Shown here: piece after piece, positions 31,135 through 39,614 of the stretch
Position numbering within the stretch: position 1 is the first letter of the stretch
Layout of the letters: every line of letters begins with the position of its first letter
Source of the DNA: an uncultured Holophagales bacterium
GTDB taxonomy: Bacteria; Acidobacteriota; Thermoanaerobaculia; Multivoradales; UBA5704
Assembly: GCA_963842525.1 (NCBI GenBank)
Contig: CAWJGT010000009.1
Location: 928,001 to 992,000, forward strand
Length of the DNA: 64,000 nt
Direction of reading: 5' to 3'
Translations under genes and position numbers: made by a program
The notes under the pieces: generated by a model
What the model was told of the DNA's origin: nothing
Databases searched by the model: none
The model's input: only the letters and a program-made list of their open reading frames with translations

Positions 31135-34100
31135 TCAGAGGATCCGTTTGACCAGCCCCGAGAGCATGTCGAGCGGGTCGATGTCCGGGACCTCGAACTG
31201 GACGTCGGACAGCGAGACGTCGAAAGGCTGGCCCTCCCGGTAGTGGATCGGGAAGGTGATGCCGAAGCGGAGGCCGGAGCCGTACTGGAACGAGGCGAGG
31301 TTCTTGCGCTTGTTGACCAGGGTGACCGTCTTGATCAAGAGGTCCGCTTTGACCTTGAGGTAGGCGGTGATGTCGAACGTGAATTTGGGCTCGGCGTAGA
31401 CCTTCGCTTCGGCATCGAGCGACAGCCCCTTGGCCGGGCTCCACTCGACCGTCACTTCGGCCTGTGCGGCGCCCTCGACGCCGAGCGCGGCGCCCACCTC
31501 CAGCCCGGCTTCGGCGCTGACGACCGGGATGCCGGCGCCGACGCCGCCCTTGATGAAGAGGCGCAGGCCGGCGGAGGCCGGGACGTGGAACAGGGCGCGG
31601 CCGGTGACCTTGGTCTCCTCCTCGTGCGACGGGTTGTAGGTGATCTCCAGGCTGAGGTCGCGGAGCTGGCCCGGCCCGATGCCGGCCTTGGCGTCGAGGC
31701 CGCCGCCGACGGTGGCGAAGATGCCGATGCGCTTGCCGAGCACGGACACGCCCACCAGCGGGATGTCGATCCCGATCTCGAAGATCCTCTTGTTGACCTT
31801 TTTCTCGGGGAAGACGTCGAGGGCCGAGGGCAGAGCGATCTTGCCCGAGACCTCGATCTCGCCGTTGGGGAGCAGCTTGATGCCGGCGGTGCCCTGCAAC
31901 CAGGGTGCGATCTTGATCGTGGCGATGCCCGAGCCGAACGGCGTGATCGTCTCGGTTGGCGGGCCGGAGGGCTGGCCGTCGTCGCCCACGGCGCGGTTGG
32001 TGGCGCCCAGGGTGATGTTCCCCTTGAGCATCCCCTTCTCGAACGGCACCGTGCCGTGGACGGTGAAGGCGCCGTCGTCGTAGTCGACGTCGATGTTGGC
32101 GGTGAGGCCGTGGAAGCCGATGATGGCGTTGCCGTGGGCCTTGACCACGTAGTCGGTGCCACCTTCGCGGGGCTTCATCGAGGCCTCGACCGAGCCGCCC
32201 TTGACCAGCGGGATGTCGGAGGCGAGCTGGAGGTTGCCCATGGCCTCGATGCCGACGGCCGGGTTGTACTTGACCTCCAGCGAGGCCTTCTCGATACCCC
32301 GCATGTCGGGCTCGACCGCGCCCTTGGCCTCCCAGAGGTCGCCGTCGATCAGCACCTCGACGGTGGCCGACTTGACGCCCTTGAGCTTGCCGGACTTGAC
32401 GCCCAGCTTGCCCTTGCCGCCGAATTTCTCGTCGCGGTACCAGACCTCGAATTCGGCGGGCGAGAAGAGGTCGCTCTCGAGCTCGAGCTTGCCTTTGAGG
32501 CCGAAGCCCTTGGAGGTGGAGCCGAGGCCGTGCAGGCTGCCGTGGCCGAGCTTCTCGACGTCGAAGAAGACGTCGCCGAGGACCTCGAAGCCCCGGGTGC
32601 CGGCATTGACGGTGAGGCTCGCGTCGGTCACCTTGATCGGGCCGGGGAAGGAGTAGTCGCCGATGTCGAACGTCTTGCTCAGGTAGACGTCGTCGCCTTC
32701 GATGACGATGTCGATCTCGACGTTCTTGGAGAACAGGGGGATGCTGGGCCTGAGCTTGCCGCGGGCGATGATCCCCTTTTCAGGATCGAGCTCGGCGTTG
32801 TCGATGGTGATAGGGCTCAGCCCCTTGGCCTTGAGCACCTTGCTCACGGCGCGGGTGACGGCGGATTGGGGCACGAAGCCGCCCCAGTCCACGGCGTCGG
32901 ACTCCTGGATGGGGAAGCTCAGGGCCACCTGCTCGATGATCTTGTTGTCCTTGAACGCCGTGCCGCTGAGCGAGCCGCCCTTGCTCTTGCTGTAGTCGAC
33001 CTGGTTGATCCGGAAGTTCTTGCCGAATGGGAGGCTCACCTTCTTCGACGTGACCTTCTTGCCCCAGTCGATGAAGCGCACGCCGCCGCCGGTCTCGCTG
33101 GTGTAGATGGCCAGCTTGTCCGGGTCTCCCTCCAGGCCCGCGGCCTCGATCTGCTTCTTGGTCAGGGCGCTCAGGACGTCGATCTGCTCGCCGGCCTGGA
33201 TCTGGGGGAGCGTCCACGTCTCGGGTGTGCCCTTGGGGGCCAGCCCGCCGACCACGCTTTCGACCTTGATGGTGTAGGAGCGGCGGACCGCCTCCGCCGT
33301 GGGGGGCTTCCTGGTCCACACCGGGCCCGTGGCGGCGTCGATGAGCTTCTGGATGCGGGCGTTGCGCTCCACCCGGATCTGCCGGCCGGACTCCTGGTTG
33401 GGGCCGGACTCCAGCAGCCACATGTTGCCGATCTCATGGGGGCCGCCGAGCTGCAGCTCGAGCTGGTGATCGACGTCATGGAACTTCCGCTGGCCGTCCT
33501 TGCCCCAGAACGGCCGCAGGGCGCGCTGGCGGATGGCCTCCTTGTCGCCGATGACGTAGTTCTTGTCTCCCTTGAGCTTGAGGAAATGGATGGGCTGACC
33601 CTGCTGGGTCGCGCGCGGTGACTTCTCCTTGGTCAGCTTGGTCTTCAGCTTCGATTCGAGCCCCGGGCCCTCCTTGGCCACCTTCTCCCAGACGGCCCGC
33701 TGGTCGTCCGGCCGCTTGTCGTCGGTCTTCTGGGGCAGGTCGAAGGGCGTCTTGGTGAACTTCTTCTTGAAGGTGGGGACCTTCATCTCGGGAATGGACG
33801 CCTTCTGGGTGCGGCGGTTGATGGTCCCCTCGGGGCCGATGTACTCGTCGGGGTCGGTCGACTTGTTCTTGCTCTTCCCCTTCGCCCGCTGCACCACCTG
33901 GCGCTGCACGGCGCCGCTCTGCTGCACCACGTGGGTGGCCTCGTGGGCCATCAGGCCGAGGTCGTTCTGCGACTCGCCGCTGGCAAGCCAGATGTCCTGG
34001 CCGTGGGTGAAGGCGCGGGCATTCAGGTCTTCGGCGGATTTCTGGGCGGAGCTGTCGGAGTGCACCCGCACGCCGCTGAGGTCGCTGCCCAGGCGGTCCT

Positions 34101-35289
34101 CCAGCACGGAGCGGGTGCCGGTATTCAGAGGCTCGCCGCCGCCTTTTCCCGAGATGGCCTGCTCGGCGGCGTTGGCCATGGACGGAGCCGGGGCCGCCGG
34201 AGCCCCACCGCCACCCCCGGCGCCCGCCGTATCGGCCTGGACCGGCTCCTCGTCCTTGTCGCCGCCAGCTTTCTGAACCGGCTTCTTCTCGTCCTTCGGC
34301 GCCTCTGCCTTCTGAACCGGCTTCGCCTTCTCGTCCTTGCCGTCCTTGGTGTCCTTGGCGTCCTTTTGAACCGCCTTCTCTTCAGGCTTCTTGGCGGGCT
34401 CAGCTTTCTGCACCGGCTTTTCCGGGGGCTTTTTCTCCGGCGCCTCGGCCTTCTGGAGGGCGGCCTTCTCGCGGTCCTTCTCCGGACCCACGGTGCGGGG
34501 CTTCTCGGAGGGCGGGCCCTTCAACATCTCCTCGACGGGGGACGCCGCCGCTTTCTGGACCGGCTTTTCCTCGGGCTTTTTCTCCGCGGCAGCCTGGATG
34601 GCTTCGGTCTCCGGCTCGTCCTCGGCCTTCTGGACCGGTTTCTCCTCGGGCTTTTTCGCCGGCTCGGCTGCGGCCTGGATGGCCTCGGGCTCGGGCTCCT
34701 CCTCGGCCTTCTGAACCGGCTTGTCGTCAGGCTTCTTCTCGGCTGCGGCGGCCTGAACGGCCTCGGCCTCGCCCTCGCCCTCGTCTTCCGCCTTCTGGAC
34801 CGGCTTGTCCTCAGGCTTCTTGGCCGGCTCGGCGGCGGCTGCCTGGACCGGCTCGTCCTCTTCGGCCTTCTGGACAGGCTCTTCGTCCTCGGCCTTCTGG
34901 ACGGGCTTCTCCTCGGGCTTCTTCTCCGGGGCTGCCGCGCTCTGGACCTCGTCCTCGCCTTCGTCCATGGCCCGCTGCACGGCCCAGCGCTGGGCTCCTC
35001 CCCCCATGCTGCCGGGCGCGATGCTGGAAATGGCTGGCGCGTCGAGGCCGGAGGTGACGCGCTGGGCGACCGACTCGGCCTCCTGCTCGTAGCGGTCGCC
35101 GGGCTGGCCGAGGACCGGCTTGCGCTGCACGCCGGCACCCCCACCGCCAAGGCCGATCATCGGGCCCTCGGCGAAGTGCGGCCCGCGGGCGGCCGCGGAC
35201 TGCCGTGCCGCGGCGGCAGGGGCCGGCCCGGCGCCTTCGCCTCCGGAAGCGCCCGGCTTTCCTTTGGACTTGCCGCGGCTATGGCTCAT
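31135..35289 (-). CDS. DUF4157 (eCIS-associated) protein with VQK repeats, an HNH-like motif and a long beta-rich C-terminus; candidate cargo/effector
   Basis: Start MSHSRGK (ATGA overlap with the ATPase); DRYEQEAE; DLSGVRVHSD...ARAFTHGQDI...AHEATHVVQQ; DVDHQLELQLGG...NMWLL...N. Confidence 0.85.
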   Translation of the reverse strand: MSHSRGKSKGKPGASGGEGAGPAPAAAARQSAAARGPHFAEGPMIGLGGGGAGVQRKPVLGQPGDRYEQEAESVAQRVTSGLDAPAISSIAPGSMGGGAQRWAVQRAMDEGEDEVQSAAAPEKKPEEKPVQKAEDEEPVQKAEEDEPVQAAAAEPAKKPEDKPVQKAEDEGEGEAEAVQAAAAEKKPDDKPVQKAEEEPEPEAIQAAAEPAKKPEEKPVQKAEDEPETEAIQAAAEKKPEEKPVQKAAASPVEEMLKGPPSEKPRTVGPEKDREKAALQKAEAPEKKPPEKPVQKAEPAKKPEEKAVQKDAKDTKDGKDEKAKPVQKAEAPKDEKKPVQKAGGDKDEEPVQADTAGAGGGGGAPAAPAPSMANAAEQAISGKGGGEPLNTGTRSVLEDRLGSDLSGVRVHSDSSAQKSAEDLNARAFTHGQDIWLASGESQNDLGLMAHEATHVVQQSGAVQRQVVQRAKGKSKNKSTDPDEYIGPEGTINRRTQKASIPEMKVPTFKKKFTKTPFDLPQKTDDKRPDDQRAVWEKVAKEGPGLESKLKTKLTKEKSPRATQQGQPIHFLKLKGDKNYVIGDKEAIRQRALRPFWGKDGQRKFHDVDHQLELQLGGPHEIGNMWLLESGPNQESGRQIRVERNARIQKLIDAATGPVWTRKPPTAEAVRRSYTIKVESVVGGLAPKGTPETWTLPQIQAGEQIDVLSALTKKQIEAAGLEGDPDKLAIYTSETGGGVRFIDWGKKVTSKKVSLPFGKNFRINQVDYSKSKGGSLSGTAFKDNKIIEQVALSFPIQESDAVDWGGFVPQSAVTRAVSKVLKAKGLSPITIDNAELDPEKGIIARGKLRPSIPLFSKNVEIDIVIEGDDVYLSKTFDIGDYSFPGPIKVTDASLTVNAGTRGFEVLGDVFFDVEKLGHGSLHGLGSTSKGFGLKGKLELESDLFSPAEFEVWYRDEKFGGKGKLGVKSGKLKGVKSATVEVLIDGDLWEAKGAVEPDMRGIEKASLEVKYNPAVGIEAMGNLQLASDIPLVKGGSVEASMKPREGGTDYVVKAHGNAIIGFHGLTANIDVDYDDGAFTVHGTVPFEKGMLKGNITLGATNRAVGDDGQPSGPPTETITPFGSGIATIKIAPWLQGTAGIKLLPNGEIEVSGKIALPSALDVFPEKKVNKRIFEIGIDIPLVGVSVLGKRIGIFATVGGGLDAKAGIGPGQLRDLSLEITYNPSHEEETKVTGRALFHVPASAGLRLFIKGGVGAGIPVVSAEAGLEVGAALGVEGAAQAEVTVEWSPAKGLSLDAEAKVYAEPKFTFDITAYLKVKADLLIKTVTLVNKRKNLASFQYGSGLRFGITFPIHYREGQPFDVSLSDVQFEVPDIDPLDMLSGLVKRIL
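34235..34960 (-). repeat. About 17 degenerate (P/A)VQ(K/A)A low-complexity repeats in the DUF4157 protein
   Basis: KKPEEKPVQKAE-type units. Confidence 0.8.
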
Positions 35290-37410
35290 GACAGGGCGTC
35301 CAGGAAGGCCTCCATGCCACCGCGCCGGTCCATCCGCGGGCGATCGGTGAGCGGGCAGGCGGCGCCCGCCTTGCGGTATTCGGAGCGCACCGCCTGCTCC
35401 ACGTGGCGGCCGTCGACCGCTACGCCCTCGTCGAGCGCCAGCAGTGCGGCGTGCAGCGCGGCATTGCGGATCTGGCCGCCGGTCAGGGCGCAGCGCAGGG
35501 CCACGTCCTCCAGGGTGCCGGGGTCGCACGAGCGGTCCTGGGGCAGGTGGATCTGCCAGATCTGCCAGCGCTCCTCGGCTTCCGGCGGCAGGAACTCGAC
35601 CACCGCGTCCATGCGGCGCTGGAAGGAGCGGTCGATGCGCTCGCCGGCATTGGTGGTGATGACGACGATGCCCTGGAAGGTCTCCAGGCGCTGCAGCAGG
35701 TAGTTGGTCTCCAGGTTGGCGTAGCGGTCGTTGGCGCTGCGTACGTCCGTACGGTTGCCGAGCAGGGCGTCGCCCTCGTCGAGGAGCAGCACCACGTCGA
35801 GCTCCTCGGCCCGGGCGAGGACGCGGTGGAGGTTCTTCTCGGTCTCGCCGACGTACTTGTCCACCACGGCCGCGAGGTCGACCCGGTAGAGGTCGCGCTC
35901 CAATTCGGTCGCCAGGATGCGGGCGGCCAGGGTCTTGCCGGTGCCGCTGGGGCCGGTGAAGAGGGCGCGGACGCCACGGTGGGGACCGTTGCCGAAAGCG
36001 GGCCCCAGGCCGTCGGCCAGCGCCTCGCGGTGGCGGCAGCGCCGGCCGAGGTCGTGCAGGCGCGAAAGAGTGGGGCCGGAGGTCACCAGCGTGTCCCAGG
36101 AGCTGCCGGTCTCCAGGCGGCTGGCCAGGGTGTCCAGCTCCTGGCGGTTGAGCGTGCGGCACGCCTCGCGCACATCGGCCGGCCGTACCTCGCCGCGGCC
36201 GTCCAGGGCCGCCTGGGCGCGGGCGATGCCGGCGGCTCGCCGGATGTGCCCTTCGGGAAGATGAAAGCCGGCGGCGATCTCGTCCAAGCCTTCCACCGGA
36301 TGCCCGGCCAGCGACTCCTCCCAGCAGCGCCGGCGCTCGTCGCGGCGCGGCGCCGGCAAAATGAAAGTGACCGCGCGCTCCAGGGCCGGCCCGGAGAGGC
36401 CGCCTTCGAAGCCGAGGGCCACACCCACGGAGCCGGTATAGCCGGGCAGCTCCGGCACCGCGGCGGTCTGACCGGGCGGCAGGTCGAAGGTGAAGACCGG
36501 CAGCGACCGGGTAGCGACGCAGAGCGGACCGAGCAGGCGCCGGGCCGCCTCGGGAATCTTGCCTTCCTGGGCCTCCACCTCCAGGACACCGCGCCCGAGC
36601 GCGGCGGCAACGGCCCCGAGCACGCGCACACGGTCGCTGCCGCGCAGGCCGCGCGCCACGGCGGCGCCTGCCTCTCCCGAGGCGAGCAGGCCGGGGAGAT
36701 GGCGCAGGCGCGCCAGCAGGGGAGGCGGCAGGACCAGGCCGTCCACGCCGGGGAAGCTCGCCGCGGGGTGCAGCCGGCAGCCGGCCGGCATTTCGGGTGT
36801 CACGTCGCCGCGCACCGCGTCCCACACCGGCGGCGGCACGCGCAGCACCCATTCGGAGCGCGGCGCGCGCTCGTCCAGAGGCTGGAGCAGGCCGGCCTGG
36901 AGGAGCGGCCGGCAGAGCGACCAGGGGTCGGACTCGCGGCCGGGCCGGGGGCCGCCGAGCATGAGCCGGCCCACCAGCTCGACGCACGGCCGCCGTTCGG
37001 CGAGCGGCGCCTGGAGCTCGGCGAAGAGGGCGCCGAAGCGCGGGTCTTCCTCCACCAGGCCTGCGGTCAGGAGCGCCAGCCGGCCGGCGAAGCCTGCACC
37101 AGCGGCCTCGGCCAGCGCGGCGAGAGGCAGGTGGATAGTCCGCGGCCTTCTCCCACGCCAGAACCTCGGCCTCCCACCAGCCGAGGGCGCCGTCCCAGCC
37201 CAGGCCCTCGGGGAGGAGCGGGCGCATCTCCTCGTAATAGCCACCCAGGAAGGGATAGCGGCGCAGCACGCCCTCCAGCCCCGCGGGGCTCGCGCCCGCC
37301 GCGCGCAGGGAATGGAAGAGCCGGTAGAGGGCGGCATACAGGCAGAGCCGGAAATGGGAGGCCGCGGTCCGTGGCAGGTCGGCGAAGGCGGAGGATTCGG
37401 TGGCGCTCAC
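35286..37410 (-). CDS. eCIS AAA+ ATPase (Afp15/Pvc15-like); frameshift near 37137
   Basis: GPSGTGKT, KYVGETEKNL, LLLDEGD, DRYANLETNYLLQRLE; GTG start with an AGGAG RBS. Confidence 0.9.
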
Positions 37411-37420
37411 GGGCGGGCTC

Positions 37421-39610
37421 CTAGTGGAAGTGGAACTGGACGACACGGCCGAACGCCGGGAGCCACCCCGGATCGCGGTCGAGCCCGGAGACACGGACCG
37501 GCATGGAGATGCTCGCGAGGTCCAGGACCACGTCCACGTGCGTGGTGGTGACATGGACGCGGCCGGGCCGCAGCAGCAGGAGCGGCGGCAGCTCCTCCGG
37601 CCGCGCAGGGTCGAGCCCCAGGCCCTGGGCCAGGCGCAGGCGGAGATAGGGGAGAGCGAGGGCCGTCCAGCGAGCGAGCCCGCCGTGCACGAGCCCGTGC
37701 TGCTGCGACTCGACCCCGTGCGGCTGCCGCTCACCCTTGTTTCGCAGCAAATCGACCTCGCCGCGATGCAAATCAGCCTCGATTCGCATCGCCGCGAGCC
37801 CGCTTTGATGCGAACCAGGCTCGTGCGGCTGCCACTCGACCCCGTGTGGCAGCGGCGCGACCCCGAGCGGCCCGCGCACGACCCCGCGCGGCAGCGGCGC
37901 GCCCTCGTGTGGCAGCGGCACGACCGTGTGCGGCAGCGGCACGAGCGTGTGCAGCAGCGGCAGCACCTCCATTTGCATCACAGCGGCCTCGTGCAGCACG
38001 GGCCAGGAGGCCGGCGGGCGCAGCTCATGGGTACCCGTATAGCCACGGCCGGGAGGCTCGTCGGGCTCCCGGCCGGCAAGCACCGCCAGCACGCGCCAGA
38101 CAGGGTCCGCCGCGAGATGGCCTGCCTCACCGAGGAGGCCGCGGGCGATCGCCTCCAGGACGCCCCAGGCCCCGACCCGGCTCGCGAGACGCCAGTCCTC
38201 CTCGAAGCAGTCGGGGAGGTCGAGCGACGTCATGAGGTTGATCAGGTAGAAGATACCGGCGACCTCGGTGGCGACGCCGTCCTCGAAGAGGAGGGATGGG
38301 GGTTCCTCGAACGCCTCGATCTCGTTGTCTACGGCAGGCTCATCCGTGCTGGCCTGCACCTGCTCTGCTGCCGAGAGGGGCTCGGGCATGGGCGCCGCCC
38401 TACCGACCTCCCCATCCGTTGCATCCCCCACTGTAGAGACGCCCCGTGGGGCGTCTCCGAAGCGGCGAGATCCTTCCGAAGGCCGCTGCGGATGCGCGGT
38501 CGCCTCGATGGCGTCCGGATCGGTTCGTCTATCCCCGGCGCCCGATCGGTCCTGTGGTTCATCGGGACGGCCTTGCCGCCGCGGAGACGCCCCACGGGGC
38601 GTCTCTACAGTGGGTGGTGGCGCCCCCTCTCCCGGGGGATGGGAGTGCGGATGGGAGAGGGGGTCGGGGGGTGAGGGCTCCGCGCTGCGCACGCGGCCTG
38701 GTGGTGACCGCCGGGGCCCCCCAACCTTATTTATATAGGGCGCCGGCCACTCCAGCGGCGCCCCCCCCTCCCACCACTCCCGCAGCTCCGTGGCAAAGAC
38801 GGCGCTTCGTGCCCTTGCCGGCTCCTCGAAGAGGGCCAGGGAGACGGCGAGGAGGACCCTCTGTGCCGGGGCGAGCCGGGCGGCGTCCGGGATCTCGCGG
38901 AGACGCTTCTGCCACGCTGGTTGGGGAGAGGTGGCAGAGAACGTCTGTGGCTTGGCGGATGCCACGATGGGATCCGGGGCCGTTTTACCCGCCCGACCCC
39001 CGGCGGGCGGGACGCCCGCGGTCCCAGGGGAGAGATCCGGAGCTCCGTAGGTCTGGGCGACGGTTTCGAGGATCGATAGGGCTTCGGCCTCGGAGAGAGG
39101 CTTGCAGACCTCGACGGCGCGTCCCTGCCTCGCAAGCTGATGGAGGAGGGCGGGCACGTGCGTGGGCTCGGCGGCGAGGAGCCTTGGGAGGTCCCTGGCA
39201 CCTCGGCGGCGCAGGACCTGGCTCCACCACCAGCAGCCGACGGCATTGCCGCGGGCGAGGTCGAGGGCCAGGCAGGCGAGCATCTCGGCCTCGTCGGCGA
39301 AGAGGACGGCCTCGGCGTCCGGCGGCACCGGGCCGTGGGCTGGACGGGCGGCGCGCCGGCAGAAGGTGTCGAGGGCGGTGCGGGCCGCCCGCTCCCAGGT
39401 GGGATCGGGCAGGGCCGGCCCGTTGCTCGGGAGCTTCCCGGGCAGCGGGTCGGCCATGCGGCGGACGATGAGCATGGCGGACGGCGGCAGCTCGGCGGGG
39501 TGCAGATCCGCGCTCCCCAGCCAGGCGCCCGCGGCGAGGCGGACCGCCGGCGTGTCGCCGGCGGCCGATCGCACCCGGAGCGTCCCTACCTCGGCCGTGC
39601 CTGCCACCAT
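37421..39610 (-). CDS. eCIS-associated protein (possibly tape-measure related) with a REP-filled linker
   Basis: Start MVAGTAE; AGIFYLINL and terminal GLDRDPGWLPAFGRVVQFHF; directly upstream of the ATPase. Confidence 0.65.
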   Translation of the reverse strand: MVAGTAEVGTLRVRSAAGDTPAVRLAAGAWLGSADLHPAELPPSAMLIVRRMADPLPGKLPSNGPALPDPTWERAARTALDTFCRRAARPAHGPVPPDAEAVLFADEAEMLACLALDLARGNAVGCWWWSQVLRRRGARDLPRLLAAEPTHVPALLHQLARQGRAVEVCKPLSEAEALSILETVAQTYGAPDLSPGTAGVPPAGGRAGKTAPDPIVASAKPQTFSATSPQPAWQKRLREIPDAARLAPAQRVLLAVSLALFEEPARARSAVFATELREWWEGGAPLEWPAPYINKVGGPRRSPPGRVRSAEPSPPDPLSHPHSHPPGEGAPPPTVETPRGASPRRQGRPDEPQDRSGAGDRRTDPDAIEATAHPQRPSEGSRRFGDAPRGVSTVGDATDGEVGRAAPMPEPLSAAEQVQASTDEPAVDNEIEAFEEPPSLLFEDGVATEVAGIFYLINLMTSLDLPDCFEEDWRLASRVGAWGVLEAIARGLLGEAGHLAADPVWRVLAVLAGREPDEPPGRGYTGTHELRPPASWPVLHEAAVMQMEVLPLLHTLVPLPHTVVPLPHEGAPLPRGVVRGPLGVAPLPHGVEWQPHEPGSHQSGLAAMRIEADLHRGEVDLLRNKGERQPHGVESQQHGLVHGGLARWTALALPYLRLRLAQGLGLDPARPEELPPLLLLRPGRVHVTTTHVDVVLDLASISMPVRVSGLDRDPGWLPAFGRVVQFHFH
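37696..37989. repeat. Degenerate 21-bp tandem repeat, about 14 units
   Basis: Units such as CGTGTGGCAGCGGCGCGACCC and TGTGCGGCAGCGGCACGAGCG in strict 21-nt phase. Confidence 0.75.
38427..38614. repeat. GTAG-type REP doublet (family C), in-frame
   Basis: Perfect 33-bp inverted repeat CCCACTGTAGAGACGCCCCGTGGGGCGTCTCCG at 38427-38459 and 38582-38614. Confidence 0.88.
38622..38677. repeat. Single family A arm, in-frame
   Basis: Translated PSPPDPLSHPHSHPPGEG; closely matches 27657-27712. Confidence 0.75.
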
Positions 39611-39614
39611 GCGC

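Noticed and set aside
35290-37734. N-terminal 815 aa of the 2199-aa ORF
   Set aside because: Artefact of an alternative frame over the ATPase gene; the real DUF4157 start is at 35289.
37696-37989. Possible CRISPR array
   Set aside because: Contiguous degenerate 21-mers with no constant repeat and unique spacer structure; no cas genes.
39002-39029. GCGGGCGGGACGCCCGCGGTCCCAGG, a possible fourth REP family
   Set aside because: Only one copy in the window.
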